DNA of 63,067 nucleotides, filler included, from Cercozoa sp. M6MM (Eukaryota; Protista; Endomyxa: Ascetosporea), in NCBI GenBank assembly GCA_040357565.1. It is 6 parts of 6 records of this genome, joined end to end, with 100 filler letters (N's around TTAATTAATTAA, not from the genome) between each part and the next. Parts side by side here need not be neighbours in the genome. Positions count along the whole stretch, not along the records: positions 1 to 23,806 come from JBDODJ010000166.1; 5 more parts are not named here. One strand, written 5' to 3'. Below are positions 1-11,485 of the stretch, piece by piece. Every line of letters starts with the position of its first letter. Positions within the stretch are counted from its first letter, which is position 1. The position numbers were made by a program, and so were the translations under genes. The notes below the pieces were generated by a model, which saw nothing but the letters and a program-made list of their open reading frames with translations, did no database searches and was not told the DNA's origin.

Positions 1-147
<147 letters not shown>

Positions 148-163
148 CAGAAAGTTAGGCTAC

Positions 164-927
164 CTGGTGGCCAGGATGTTGGCACCCTTGATGTCGCGAT
201 GAATGACACCTTCACTGTGCAGGTAGGCGAGACCTTTGAGCACCTGCTGCACGTAGAGTGCCACGAGCGACTCAGGCAGCTTGCCGCCGAACTTTTTCAC
301 CACCGAGGACAGCGCACCGTTCTCGACGTACTCCAGCACAATGTTCAGGTGCTTCTCGGTTCGAATGGTCTCCAAGTAGGTCACCTGAGTGACCACAAAA
401 CATGTTTAAAGAGGTCAGCGCGGACACTGCAAACAGAACACACGATGTTGACATGACTCAGCTTTTGCAGCAGCAGCACTTCGCCTTCGATACCGGCGAG
501 TTCTTCCGGAGGGATGCCTGGTCACAAACAAACATATCAGCTCAGTGTCTGTCCGATACACACACTGGTTTCGACCGAGTACCTTCGATTGCGATGCGTT
601 TGATGGCCACGACCTTGCCTGTCTTGACGTTGAGTGCCTTGTGGCTATGATATGTTGTACCATCATACATCCCCACAGTACGACCAGAGATACACAGACA
701 CAACCTACACAGTGCCAAACCCGCCGGTGCCAATCACTTCGCTCAGGTGGTAGTTGCCAATCGTCACATCCTCCTGCATAGCAAACACAAACCCACAATC
801 TACAGCCGTGCAAAACGGTCCCAGTCGTGCAAAAATAATCACAAAAACGTCGTGATAACGCACACTAGCCGACATAGGGAATCAAGTGTACCTCCCGGCC
901 CACGCCGGGCACTTTGGGTGGTGCCAT
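164..927 (-). CDS. Ser/Thr kinase, Cdc15/Cdc7(SepH)/MAP3K-epsilon type; 5' part only, continues beyond window start
   Basis: Spliced with four GT-AG introns: [12 protein letters not shown]|[22 protein letters not shown]|[20 protein letters not shown]|[25 protein letters not shown]|[25 protein letters not shown]...[14 protein letters not shown]. Has the G-loop, VAIK and HRDIKGAN; LEYVENG is typical of the Cdc15/SepH group. Confidence 0.88.
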
Positions 928-1558
928 GCCCACTCACAGCCCTGACCCGGCCCAAGCTTTTCTTCTTATTTAGCCTGCCAGGCGCGTTTGATGTCGCCGA
1001 TCGCGCTCTGAGATAACACTTCCGCAAGTGAGCACTTCTCTTGGCTCGAAGGCCCGCAGCTATTGGACTATTGATCAAGTGATTATTTTTTGGAAGCGAT
1101 CGTATTTGGCGACACCAGTACTTAGACATATGCAGCACTTCTTCAAGGTATTTTTGTGCTGTAGCGTGTTTCAATGGATTAACTAAGCTAGTCAGCAGCA
1201 TTGGATTTTCCCGTCCAGCTGTGCAAGGGGTCAAGTCTTGAAAACTCAGTCCCGAGCCTGAGCCCTTGCAATGTGCAAGCACGTGGCGACTCGGAGTTTC
1301 TTTGATTTTGAACAGTGCAAAATACAGTCTGGGGCGAGCTTTAGGGGACACCTGCGACCACTCACGTTGATGAAAGAAGGTTTCGTCGGTCAGTAGACTG
1401 TATGGCAGAGGTTGGCAGCGATCCTGAAGTGCCCGAGGCCTCCAAAGTGGACCAGTCCACGTAAGATCAGTTTCCCAGGTTGACTTCGAATGTAGAGAAA
1501 ACAGGTACATGAGTGAAAGCTGCACAGTGAGCGAGAGGATGATGAGACGTCCTCCGTG

Positions 1559-2074
1559 ATGGAGTCCAACGTTGGCGAGGACGAGTGCATAATCTGTCGC
1601 ACCGAGATTGCAGACTTTCGCGACCGAGCCACTTTGCAATGCGGACACACTTTTCATGTTGACTGGTACCATTCCTGTCTGTGCATTGATCAGTTTTTTG
1701 ACTCCCTTGTTGCTGCTTTCGCAGTGTCAACCGGTGGCTCAATGTGTCGCAAACATGCCCAGTGAGTCCCAGTTTTGCACTCTACCGTAAACAAACACGA
1801 GTACACACACCTTGTCGGTGCATAGTTGTGTAGAAGTGACGTTGATGTCAAACCAATGAGATTCAGGGCACGCGTTGTCAAGATAGCTGTTCTCGTACCT
1901 TCGGAATCAACATCTCTGTTTGTACATGTAACAAGAGATGTCGATTGATACAGGCAACAATGGGTACAATGACGTTGGCTTACGTCTGTTTCGGCCTGCT
2001 TGTGTTTGTGCGTGCACATGATGTACTAACTCCAACAGTTCAGCCCACTGAAAGCTGCAACATTAGTGTTTTGA
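1559..2074 (+). CDS. Small RING-H2 finger protein with C-terminal hydrophobic segment
   Basis: Spliced: MESNVGEDECIICRTEIADFRDRATLQCGHTFHVDC|VNRWLNVSQTCP|LCRSDV..., i.e. C-x2-C...C-x-H-x2-H-x2-C...W...CPLC. Hydrophobic tail LAYVCFGLLVF. Confidence 0.8.
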
Positions 2075-2436
2075 CTTTTGACCGGGCAGAACTGGTGCAA
2101 GCAAGTGTCGCCTGCACTGCAACGAGAGGCCTTTGTCTTCCCCGTTGCTTTCTTTTGTTTCTGGTAAGTCGGTAGACTTCTGGTTTTAGAATACTCATCC
2201 TCCTCATAACGCATGCGCTGATTGCTCCAGCTCCTTAATAAGGGAAGACCTCTATGCAAGTGGGAGAAGGGCGAGATGGTACAGTACTTGTGACTAGTGG
2301 ACATTTTAAGTGAGATACACTGAATGAAACGCACAGGCACAGGGTCTTGCTCTGGATCGGACTCATCATTGGAGCCCAATCTCTTGTAATTTGCACTATA
2401 CCGTTCCAATGAACCAGGCGATGTTCACTCAAGCAG

Positions 2437-3047
2437 TTGTCAGCCTTGAGCACACCAGAGCGCAGCCTGTGGGAGGATTCTATTTCGTCGGAAATCACGC
2501 CCAATGAGAGCACCGACAAGGATGTCGAGCAGTGCAATGAACTGCAAGGCATTGCGCGTGCGTGGACCTGCACCGGCGTTGCCTTCATGTTGTGCACACT
2601 ACTGCGATACGGAGTGTATGTTTGCTGTATTCATGACTCACTCGCACTTCACATTCGCAGGCCTCCGTGTGTGGCATGCTGCTGTCGCACTGACGCCGAT
2701 GCCGTCCATCGCGCAGACCAACGTCGTCGCGCTTTCTCTGCCGCACGACAGCGGTACTCGAGACGTCAACTTACTCTCTTACTCGTGCCGTATGCTTGTT
2801 TTATGTCAGATTGAGAGAACAACAACGTACTCTGCGTCAACTCACACAACAACGAGCACGTGCACGCAACGACGTTTCTATGACGCCAGCACCTGACCTG
2901 CTTCCCGACGACAGCAGACACGAACTCATGCGCGACATGTTTGTCTCACACTCGCGACAGTCTCGGACGCGTGAAGCCAGCGTAGAACTCGAGGTTTCGC
3001 AGTCGATCATCTCGCAGTCACAGTTGTACGAAGACGAAAGTGTTTGA
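2437..3047 (+). CDS. Hypothetical spliced protein, possibly membrane-spanning; start not resolved
   Basis: Chain of ORF segments separated by GT...CAG intervals, with a hydrophobic stretch (GVAFMLCTLL). No family motif recognised. Confidence 0.3.
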
Positions 3048-3196
3048 AGTGAAGCCTGACTCCACCCAAATGAAGTCAACCCCCAGTGAATAACGCGAGA
3101 CACCAGCTGAGAGTGCTTACAGAAAGTACCCGTGCTTCTCTACTGCAACGAATAACGCAATCTGCAATAGAAATGATGCACATCTAGCTTTACTAT

Positions 3197-6100
3197 TTAG
3201 CACATCATAACAGTGCAGTAGTGCTGTCGGCGCTGCTTTGGCTTCGCGGTGGCATTCGTTGGCTGCGGGGGCTTCGGAGGCGATGGCGGGGGTGCCTGTT
3301 TAACAACATCAAGCGGTGTACAGTATTGACTGGCAGGGCAAGATTTCTACAAGACAATTTATTGTACTGGCTTTGGTGGCGCGATTTGCCGCTTGCGGCT
3401 CTTCTCGTGGTGACGCGATGTGATGCGCCGCATCGTTGATATCATTTCGCGCTCTAACTCCCTGCGACTCACGAAGTGGTAGTCATCATGAAAGAACAAC
3501 CGGCACTTCCTAACCAACTTGTGACTGTACGGGGAAACAGGGTACCGCTTGTCGATGATGCTCTCGTCGTCATTCGCAGGACAGCGGAGTCCACTAGCTG
3601 CTCGTCGACTGGCGAGCAAGAAGAAGCCTGATCACAAGGACATGTGCGCCTGCAAGCATGTCGATGGGTCCCTTACGATTACTGCGGCAGGCGTCAACGA
3701 CGCTGACGTCGGGAGGGTGCGAGAGTGCGTACCTGATGTCTTGTGCCTGCAGATACCGGTATCCCAAGAAGTAAATTGAACAAAGTCAACTCGAGCTTGT
3801 GCGGTGACATACATACTGTGCACGAACGGCAGCCGGTGCTCGGAAGAGTGCTTTCGTGTGCTGCTGCACGACAGACTCGGCTCTCATTCCACGGCACTCT
3901 GGGGGCCTGCGGATGCCGTTCCTATCTCTACTTGTCCGAGATACGGAGCACTGTACCAAGGAAAAGTGTCGTCCTCTATCTGAGCATAGGCTCCCGAGGA
4001 TAGCATTCGCTCCCACTCAAAGTTGCCACTAGCGGGACAAACATACCGTGAACACCAATGGACACACTAAATCAAGTATGCATACCTGAGAGGTGTGTGC
4101 CAGTAGATGCCAAGCTGGCCATGCAAACCACGCGCAACGTCTGCGTCGACGTAAACATGCGCTGCTGGCACCTTGTCATCGCGATCTACGGTGAGGCCAG
4201 TCTCCTTGCACTCAGGCTAGGTTGTGATGGTACCCTCGATGTCGAAACCAGCACGTCTGGCGTAAGACAACAGCACTTCCTCAGCCGTCTGGTTATACAT
4301 CAGGGATAGATCGAGAAGGTACAGGCAATGTAGGCAACACACCTGGATGACACGCGTGTGCGACGCTGTCGCTGCGTACGGGAAGGCATCTTCACTGTTG
4401 CAAAGACAAGACAGGTAAGATAACTCCAGTTGGCAGTGAAAGAGTAAGCACGACCTACGTCACTACGTCGAACAGGACGCGCGGCACAGATAGGGATTGT
4501 CCCAGCGAGAAGCCGCTGTATGCAGTACATCCCAAAATATGCATGAGTCGACTGGTGCACACATGAAAGGCAACGGGTACGATCGACTCGGGATTGGCGT
4601 TGTGCGGCGTCGCGTGAAGCAGCGAGCGTCGGCGTCCGAGTCGATGTCTTTGACCAGCACGTTTCTTTCCAAGACTATGAGACAACAACTCAGTGGGAGG
4701 GAGGAGATTAGCTACAGTACCATGGGGTACCTTGGTGCGTGAGCAAGACGATAGGTTTTCCGTCGTTGTGCGAGTACAGGTGCTGTCGATTGTCGTCAAG
4801 CTACTGCCAAGATTGATCGGTGCTAGTTGTTGTACCTGTACAAGGAGGTCAGCGAAATGCGGGGCCAGCATGTCGTCGGCATCAACGCGACTGGTGGCCA
4901 CCCAGTCATGCACCTGTCGGCGCCTGTCCTCGCGCAGTCGCTGACACGGCGAGGTCTGGTAGCCGTGTCTCACTAGAGTCTTCACCACTCGGTCAACCTC
5001 TCTGTGCGCACATTGGGAATTGAGATTACTATACACTTTTGATATATGTACAGCACTGAAGTGTCATTCGGTCGCTGCACGATGCTGAGCGTTGATCGCA
5101 GGTACGGTGTTGCCTCGTCTGCCAAAGCATATGTGCGTGATTTTAAGGAAGTGCACACCTACCAGTCAGGCTACCTCTTGAGTACGAGAAGTCGCGCTCT
5201 AACTGCTTGACGTACTCCTCCGGCAACTGCCGGTTCATCTACGCAAAGGGCGCTTTTGCTTCAGTAGGAGTACTCGGATGTATACGCAATTTTTTATGTT
5301 AACATCGCGTGCCAGTGTTACCATCAGTACAAAACTCATGGCTACGTGCACGTTCCTTTTGTCGGCAACTACACATCCAAACAGAGATACAGTACATGAT
5401 GAGTCTACAGCACGAAAGGTTGTACTAGGCAGGTGCATGCGACGTGTCGAAGTGGCTGTGATGTCGCGGAACCACTTTTGGTAGGCAGAGTAGAAGTCGG
5501 ATGTCCACGTGTGGGCTAGTGCAACAGATACAGTAGAAGAGAATGCACAGATACCGACAGATGCGTACTCACCGGTCATAGGTGTCATCATGATGATGTG
5601 CACACACTGGTCAATGTGCGCATACTTTTCGTCCTCGGTCCGCACTGACCTCCACTCTGGCGCCTGCATCGAATCGACACAACTGACTCGGAAAAACTGA
5701 AATCAAGAACGAATACCTTCAGTAGAGCACGGACCGGCTGCGGCTGGGAATGACCTTTCTGCAGTCCCGGTGGACTGGTGGCGGGTATGATGAGTTGCGC
5801 CTCGGTCTTCCTGCAGTATAAACTTAAACAGCCACTTCCGTCATTGAAAACAAGCACCCCACAAACCAGCTCGGTAATTTTGCAATACGACAGCACCTTT
5901 CACCAGGCGAAGGCGAGTTGTCGCTGCCTTTTCGGGGGAGCTTGTGGATGTCTCCCACGAACATAAGGGTCGACAGCAGCAGCATCAGCAAGCAAAGCAC
6001 CCACGTTCGTCTCGTGTTTCGGCTTTCCAGCTCTGTGATGCCTTTTTCTACACGAGTAACTTCAAGGGCGCTAGAAGACAAGGCGTTTCAAAAATTTGGA

Positions 6101-6283
6101 ACGATACCAGACGGCACTCCTGGTTGCAAGTATCGAGGCACCGTCGGTGAACTCGAGCTCAATGGTGAGCGACCGCTGTGGCGTTGCCCGTGTTGCCCCA
6201 CATACATCTGCTTCGACGGATGAAGATGTAGCGTTTGGGGCACGGAAAAACAACACAGGCAACGTTTCCCAGTGCACTTTCAT
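3197..6283 (-). CDS. One or two uncharacterised spliced genes (N-proximal TM segment near 5950-6000, Pro-rich C-terminus near 3200-3300)
   Basis: Minus-strand exon-like ORFs (WVLCLLMLLLSTLMFV; KRQIAPPKP|APPPSPPKPPQ) joined by GT-AG introns. Full structure not resolved. Confidence 0.3.
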
Positions 6284-6420
6284 GCTGAAAGTCCGAACAT
6301 TTAACGCCCAGGCCGAAACGAGGCACGCGACGCACTGAAGTCAAGTTCGAGGTCCAACTCGCAGTGCGCTAGCTATACTGGCGTAACGTGGTACTGTAGT
6401 CGGCTAAAATGTCACGTAAA

Positions 6421-7617
6421 TCACGAATTAAACAGGTCCTCATCGTCATCCCGACACCTGTCGCTCCTCTTCCGGCGACTTGAGCGACTGCTCGAGCTCG
6501 CACTGCCACGAAAGCACACAAGACAAATTCCCGGGCCACACACAACAGCCAGGACATGCCCAAATACGAGGATATACTCTTTGGTACCTTTGTGCCTGGA
6601 ACGAGGTCAACTGGTGCGCTGTGGAGGTTTCGCGACGCCGGCCTTGTCGTTTCTCTTGCTCCAGAGCGCGTTTCTGCAGTTTGTCGACTTCCTGTCGGAG
6701 CGACTCGATCTCTCGCGACAAGTCGCCCACCGACTCGTGCTGCCGCATCGGCGACTGGTCAAAGATCTCGCGCGGCAGCTCTGGCAGTCGCTTCATCGTG
6801 AGTTCCATCTGCAGCCACAATGACAACAACTCAATGACACTGACAATAAATAATCAGAGGTGTGGGCACCACATAATTCTCGGTGAGGAGCTCGTAGGCC
6901 AACTCGTCAATGTGCTTGAGAGTGAAAGCTGAGTCGCACACATATAAAAGCAAAGAAGTAGACCACCCCTCCCCAAGCAAGGTTACAGCCATCGGGATTG
7001 CGCAGTCGCACGCGTCGGTAGTCGCGAAGCAGCGGCGTCAGCATTTCGAACACGTCCTGTTATCATAGCAACAGTACAGTACAGATCACAGCCAGAAGCA
7101 CCACGTGGACTCTGCTACCTCGGATGACATTGCAATGCGGACGTAGAATGCACCCAGCACACGGACGTACTTGAGGTCTTCTGCCAGCAGCCTGTCAAGG
7201 GAAAGGTGTATATCTGACAATGCCAACCACAGAGAGGGAAGGGTATTACATGGTCTGAACGATGTCTTTCGACGGCTGCAACTGCAGCATCTTGGCCAAC
7301 AAACAGACGAACGGCGCCGGACGTCGCATGCCGCCATAACCACCACCCACGTACTGCAAAGCAACACACAAGCACACTCACTCACTCAACAGCAACACCA
7401 GCACCTACCGACAAGGCAACAGCTTTGTCCAGAATCGTGGCCGATGACAGAGCAAAGCAGTGTTCCTACGTGGCACAGAACACAAATGTAATTGAAGCTC
7501 TTCAGTCGTAGTGGACTCGGGAGATACCTTCCAGTACTGCGAGTCCAAGATCTTCTGGCGCAAGATCTTTTCGATACACGCCAGAGGATGGCGTTTTCGC
7601 TGGTCTTCCGAGTTCAT
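6421..7617 (-). CDS. PRP38: Pre-mRNA splicing factor PRP38 (PRPF38A-like)
   Basis: Spliced: HPLACIEKILRQKILDSQYWK|EHCFALSSATILDKAVAL...YVGGGYGGMRRPAPFVCLLAKMLQLQPSKDI...KYVRVLGAFYVRI...LLRDYRRVRLRNPDG. These are PRP38 signatures, followed by an R/S-rich tail. Confidence 0.92.
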
Positions 7618-7842
7618 CGTTACAGCCAACCCACTCCACAACTGTTTCAATGGACTCTCTAACACAGTCCCACACACAGTCTTGGGACTCGGTAGCCTAA
7701 ATTTGGCACCCTTAACAAAAATCACAACAAGGCCCATCCGAGCTTGCGCTTGTTTCACAGCACGTGTAAGCGTGCGCTTGGTTTTCTGTAATATTTTTTA
7801 TAAAGTCTGGTTCAAGTGCGCTGATCGTCGCCCCGGGTGACA

Positions 7843-9230
7843 ATGCCCGATTTTGAATTCGACAGCGACGATCTCGAATTTGAGGATGCCGTGTCGAAGC
7901 CTTCTGGGCCGGCAAAAGTTCAACCCGCCGTGAAAGAAAGGCCGAAAGTGCGAGTGAAACAAACGAAGGAAGCGAAGGAAGCCAGGCGAACGAAAGCGCG
8001 GCCAAAGCATCGAGCTCAACAAGAGCAGACAGTTGGTTCCTATGACGCGCCCGAGGTTTCGCGCATCGTTTCCGAAGCGATTCGAGTGAAGGAAGATGGT
8101 CGTGAGTACCTCGAGTATGAGGTGAGCTCTGCGTTTATTTTGTTCTCAAACTTTCCCTGCTGACTACTTCCGATTGGTCGTTATGAACAGATCCGAGGCA
8201 CGTCGGTGAGGTTTCCATTCGAGGCGTACGCCACCCAGGTAGAGTGGATGTTGGAGCACTTATTTTGCGGTACGCCCTGTGATGTAGGTCGTGTTTATGG
8301 AACGCGTGATTGCAACGATTGAAAGTGGTAAACTTAACAAATTACAGGCTAGAGTTGAGACTATTGCAAAGATCAGTTATTATTTCTTGGGCAACAGGCG
8401 GCAGACACGCGCTGCTGGAATCTCCGACGGGCAGTGGCAAAACGCTGTGCATCCTGTGTGCTACACTCGCGTACCAACGCTCACTGTGCGCTGTGGTAGA
8501 ATTCTTGTTTCCTCCCTTTGGGTCTACATGCGGAGGTACTGCGTGTGTGTCAGAGCAAGCACCAGCAGGCCAAGTACTTTGGTGGACTTCAAAACGATCC
8601 CAATCAGGCCAATCGCAACACTCCCGACAAGAGACCAAAAGACGTGCCGTGCATTGTGTTCTCCTCTAGAACGCACTCACAGCTCAAACAAACGCTGAAA
8701 GAGCTTCAACTTGCGCTCGGCTCCAAGCGGTAACAATTGATTCTTGCTCCTGCAAACAACCCTGTTTGTCCGACGTGCAAATAAACATCAAATTTTCCTT
8801 AGGTTTCGATATGCCGTGCTGGGTTCGAGGCAGCAGTTTTGTGTCAACGAAAAGGTGTAAACGGCTGTGCTTAATGTTCAGATTTGAGATATTTTGTCGA
8901 TTGCCAGGTCAAACGAGGAGTGGCCGATGGCTGGGGTGACATTAACACGCTCTGTCGGTGCTGTCATTTCTGTGTCTGTCTTTCTTTTGGTTCCTTTGAT
9001 CTTGTCTTTTTTGTGGATTCGCAGAGCGGAGCAGATGCAAACGGCAGGCGAGAAAGGCGGCAGTGGATGTCGCTTTCACCGACCGTTTCAGTTTCAGGTG
9101 ATTGTATCCTGTAGAAAAGGAGTTCTGTTACACTTGTGCTTTTGTTCTCGAGTGCAGAAGGAAGACGAACTGGCAGAACACTTGGACAATGCTGCTTCGG
9201 CCCTCTTGGACATTGAAGTAGAGTCTTATG

Positions 9231-9279
<49 letters not shown>

Positions 9280-9289
9280 NNNNNNNNNN

Positions 9290-9343
<54 letters not shown>

Positions 9344-11378
9344 TGTGTGTGTGGGTGAGGTATGCAAACCTTCCTGTGAGCACAGGAACTTGGCAGCTAC
9401 GGTCGCTCGCGTGGCGTGTGTCCGTACTACCTGCAACGACACGACCTCGAGTCGGCGCACATCGTGCTGGCGCCCTACAACTACATTGTCGATCCGGAAG
9501 TTCGCAGCAGTGTGGAGGGTCTGGACGCCCTGCTGAGCAACGCCATCATTATCTTTGACGAGGCGCACAACCTGGACAGGTAGCACACACTGGTAGGTAC
9601 AACAACTAATGCCTAATGCTTGTGTGTGTAGTGTCTGTGGTGATGCTGCCAGTGCCTCAATTGGCACAGCAGAGATTGCACAGTGCGCCGACGAACTCAG
9701 CACGGTGCACGAGCTCTTGTTGCAGCAGCAGCAGCAGCAGGATGCCGTGGCTAGGTAGTTTTCGACTGTACCCTTTCAACTTTTTACCCCCCCCCCTTCT
9801 CGCAGTGTCGACTTTGTGGACCGCGAGACGAACGAAAAGTTTTCTCGCGCCGACTTGGAAGTGCGCGCACGCGAACTGGAGAAGTTCGAGGACTGGCTCG
9901 TCGAACTCATCGAGCGACAGAAAAAGTCCGGCAGCCTCAGCGAGCACGGCAACGTTGTCTACGACTGCACGGGCCAGGAGTTCCAGCAGGTGTCTCTCTG
10001 TCTCTGTGTCTCTGTGTCACTCTGTCTCTGTCTCTGTCTATCTGTGTCTGTGTCCTTCCTGTCCTGTACTTAATACAACCCATGATACAGGTGCTACGAC
10101 AGTGCGGTTTGGACACTCCACTGGTCATCAAGCGTGCTCTCAAGTAGCCAAGTTATCTCTGTGCGCATGTTTTGTTAAAAATTAATTGTTGTTGGCACAG
10201 GTGTCTCTCTGCCTGCACGACGATGGTTCGCGATGCTCCGACACTGGGCAGGGCCAACGATTCGTCGTACCCTTTCTCTCCGTGTGCTGTGCTTGTGTGG
10301 GTCTGTGTGTGTATGTGTGCGTGTATGTGTGCTTGTGCATGTGTGTGTGTGTATGGGTGGACAGGAATGCGCTGGAGAAGTGGCGCCGACTGCTGGAGTG
10401 TGCCCTCGGCAGGCGGTACCACTCGGGCGAGCAACTCGCCGGCGATGGCACTGTGCTGCACATCGACATGGGTCCGCGCAACGATCCCGAGGGTGCGTGT
10501 GGGACTACTTGCTTTGTTAACTTGTGTTTAGAGCTGGGACTGTATAACTGCCTGTATCTATGTAGCACTGGTGACACTAAACTTGTGGTGTATGGTGCCT
10601 GGCATGGCACTCACTGGTACTTTACCACTTAACCCCCCCCCCCCTCCCGTCCTACCTTTTCTATCCACACTTGGCACCGACAGGTATCGCCCAGCGGTGT
10701 CGCAACTTGCTGCTGATTTCGGCGACACTGTCGCCGCTTGCCACCTTCTGCGAGGTGCCCTGACTCTACCTCTTGGTGACCCTGTGGGCGATGTGTGTTG
10801 AGACAGGAGTTTCGACCGCTCGAATTCGAGGTGCAGTTGGAGAACGGGCACGTCGTCGATGCCGCCAAGCAGGTGTCTTTGTGTGTGTGCATGTGTGTGT
10901 GTGCATGTATGTGTGCATGTATGTGTGCATGTGTGTGTTATGTATGGTCCAACTATCCCTACACTTGTTACACTTGTGTAAGCCTATATGCAAGCAGGTG
11001 CGCGTACTGGTGTGTCCAACGGGACCCGGCAACCGACGTCTCAGCAGTCGTCGTGTGACACGACAGGACAATGCAACATTGCGTGACTTGGGTACACTGC
11101 TGTTGCTCCCTTTCTTTCTAGCTTCCCGTGATGTCAGAGTTGATGCAGGCAATGCCATCACACAACTCTCGCACACTGTGCCTGGTAGTCTTGCTTCCCG
11201 GATCACAAGATCTGTACAATTGCATGTGTGTGTACAGACGGCATGCTCGTGTTCTTCCCGAGTTACTCGATGCTGCAGCAGTGCGTGTCACTGTGGGACT
11301 CGGCCGGCATCACGGCGCAGATCGCGCAGTCCAAGTCGGTGCTACGCGAGCCGCGTGCCTCTAGTGACCTCGCGTACT

Positions 11379-11426
<48 letters not shown>

Positions 11427-11436
11427 NNNNNNNNNN

Positions 11437-11485
<49 letters not shown>

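Noticed and set aside
9228-9558. Long poly-(CV), poly-(HT) and (PYPTL)n ORFs in the ORF track
   Set aside because: Translations of intronic microsatellites.
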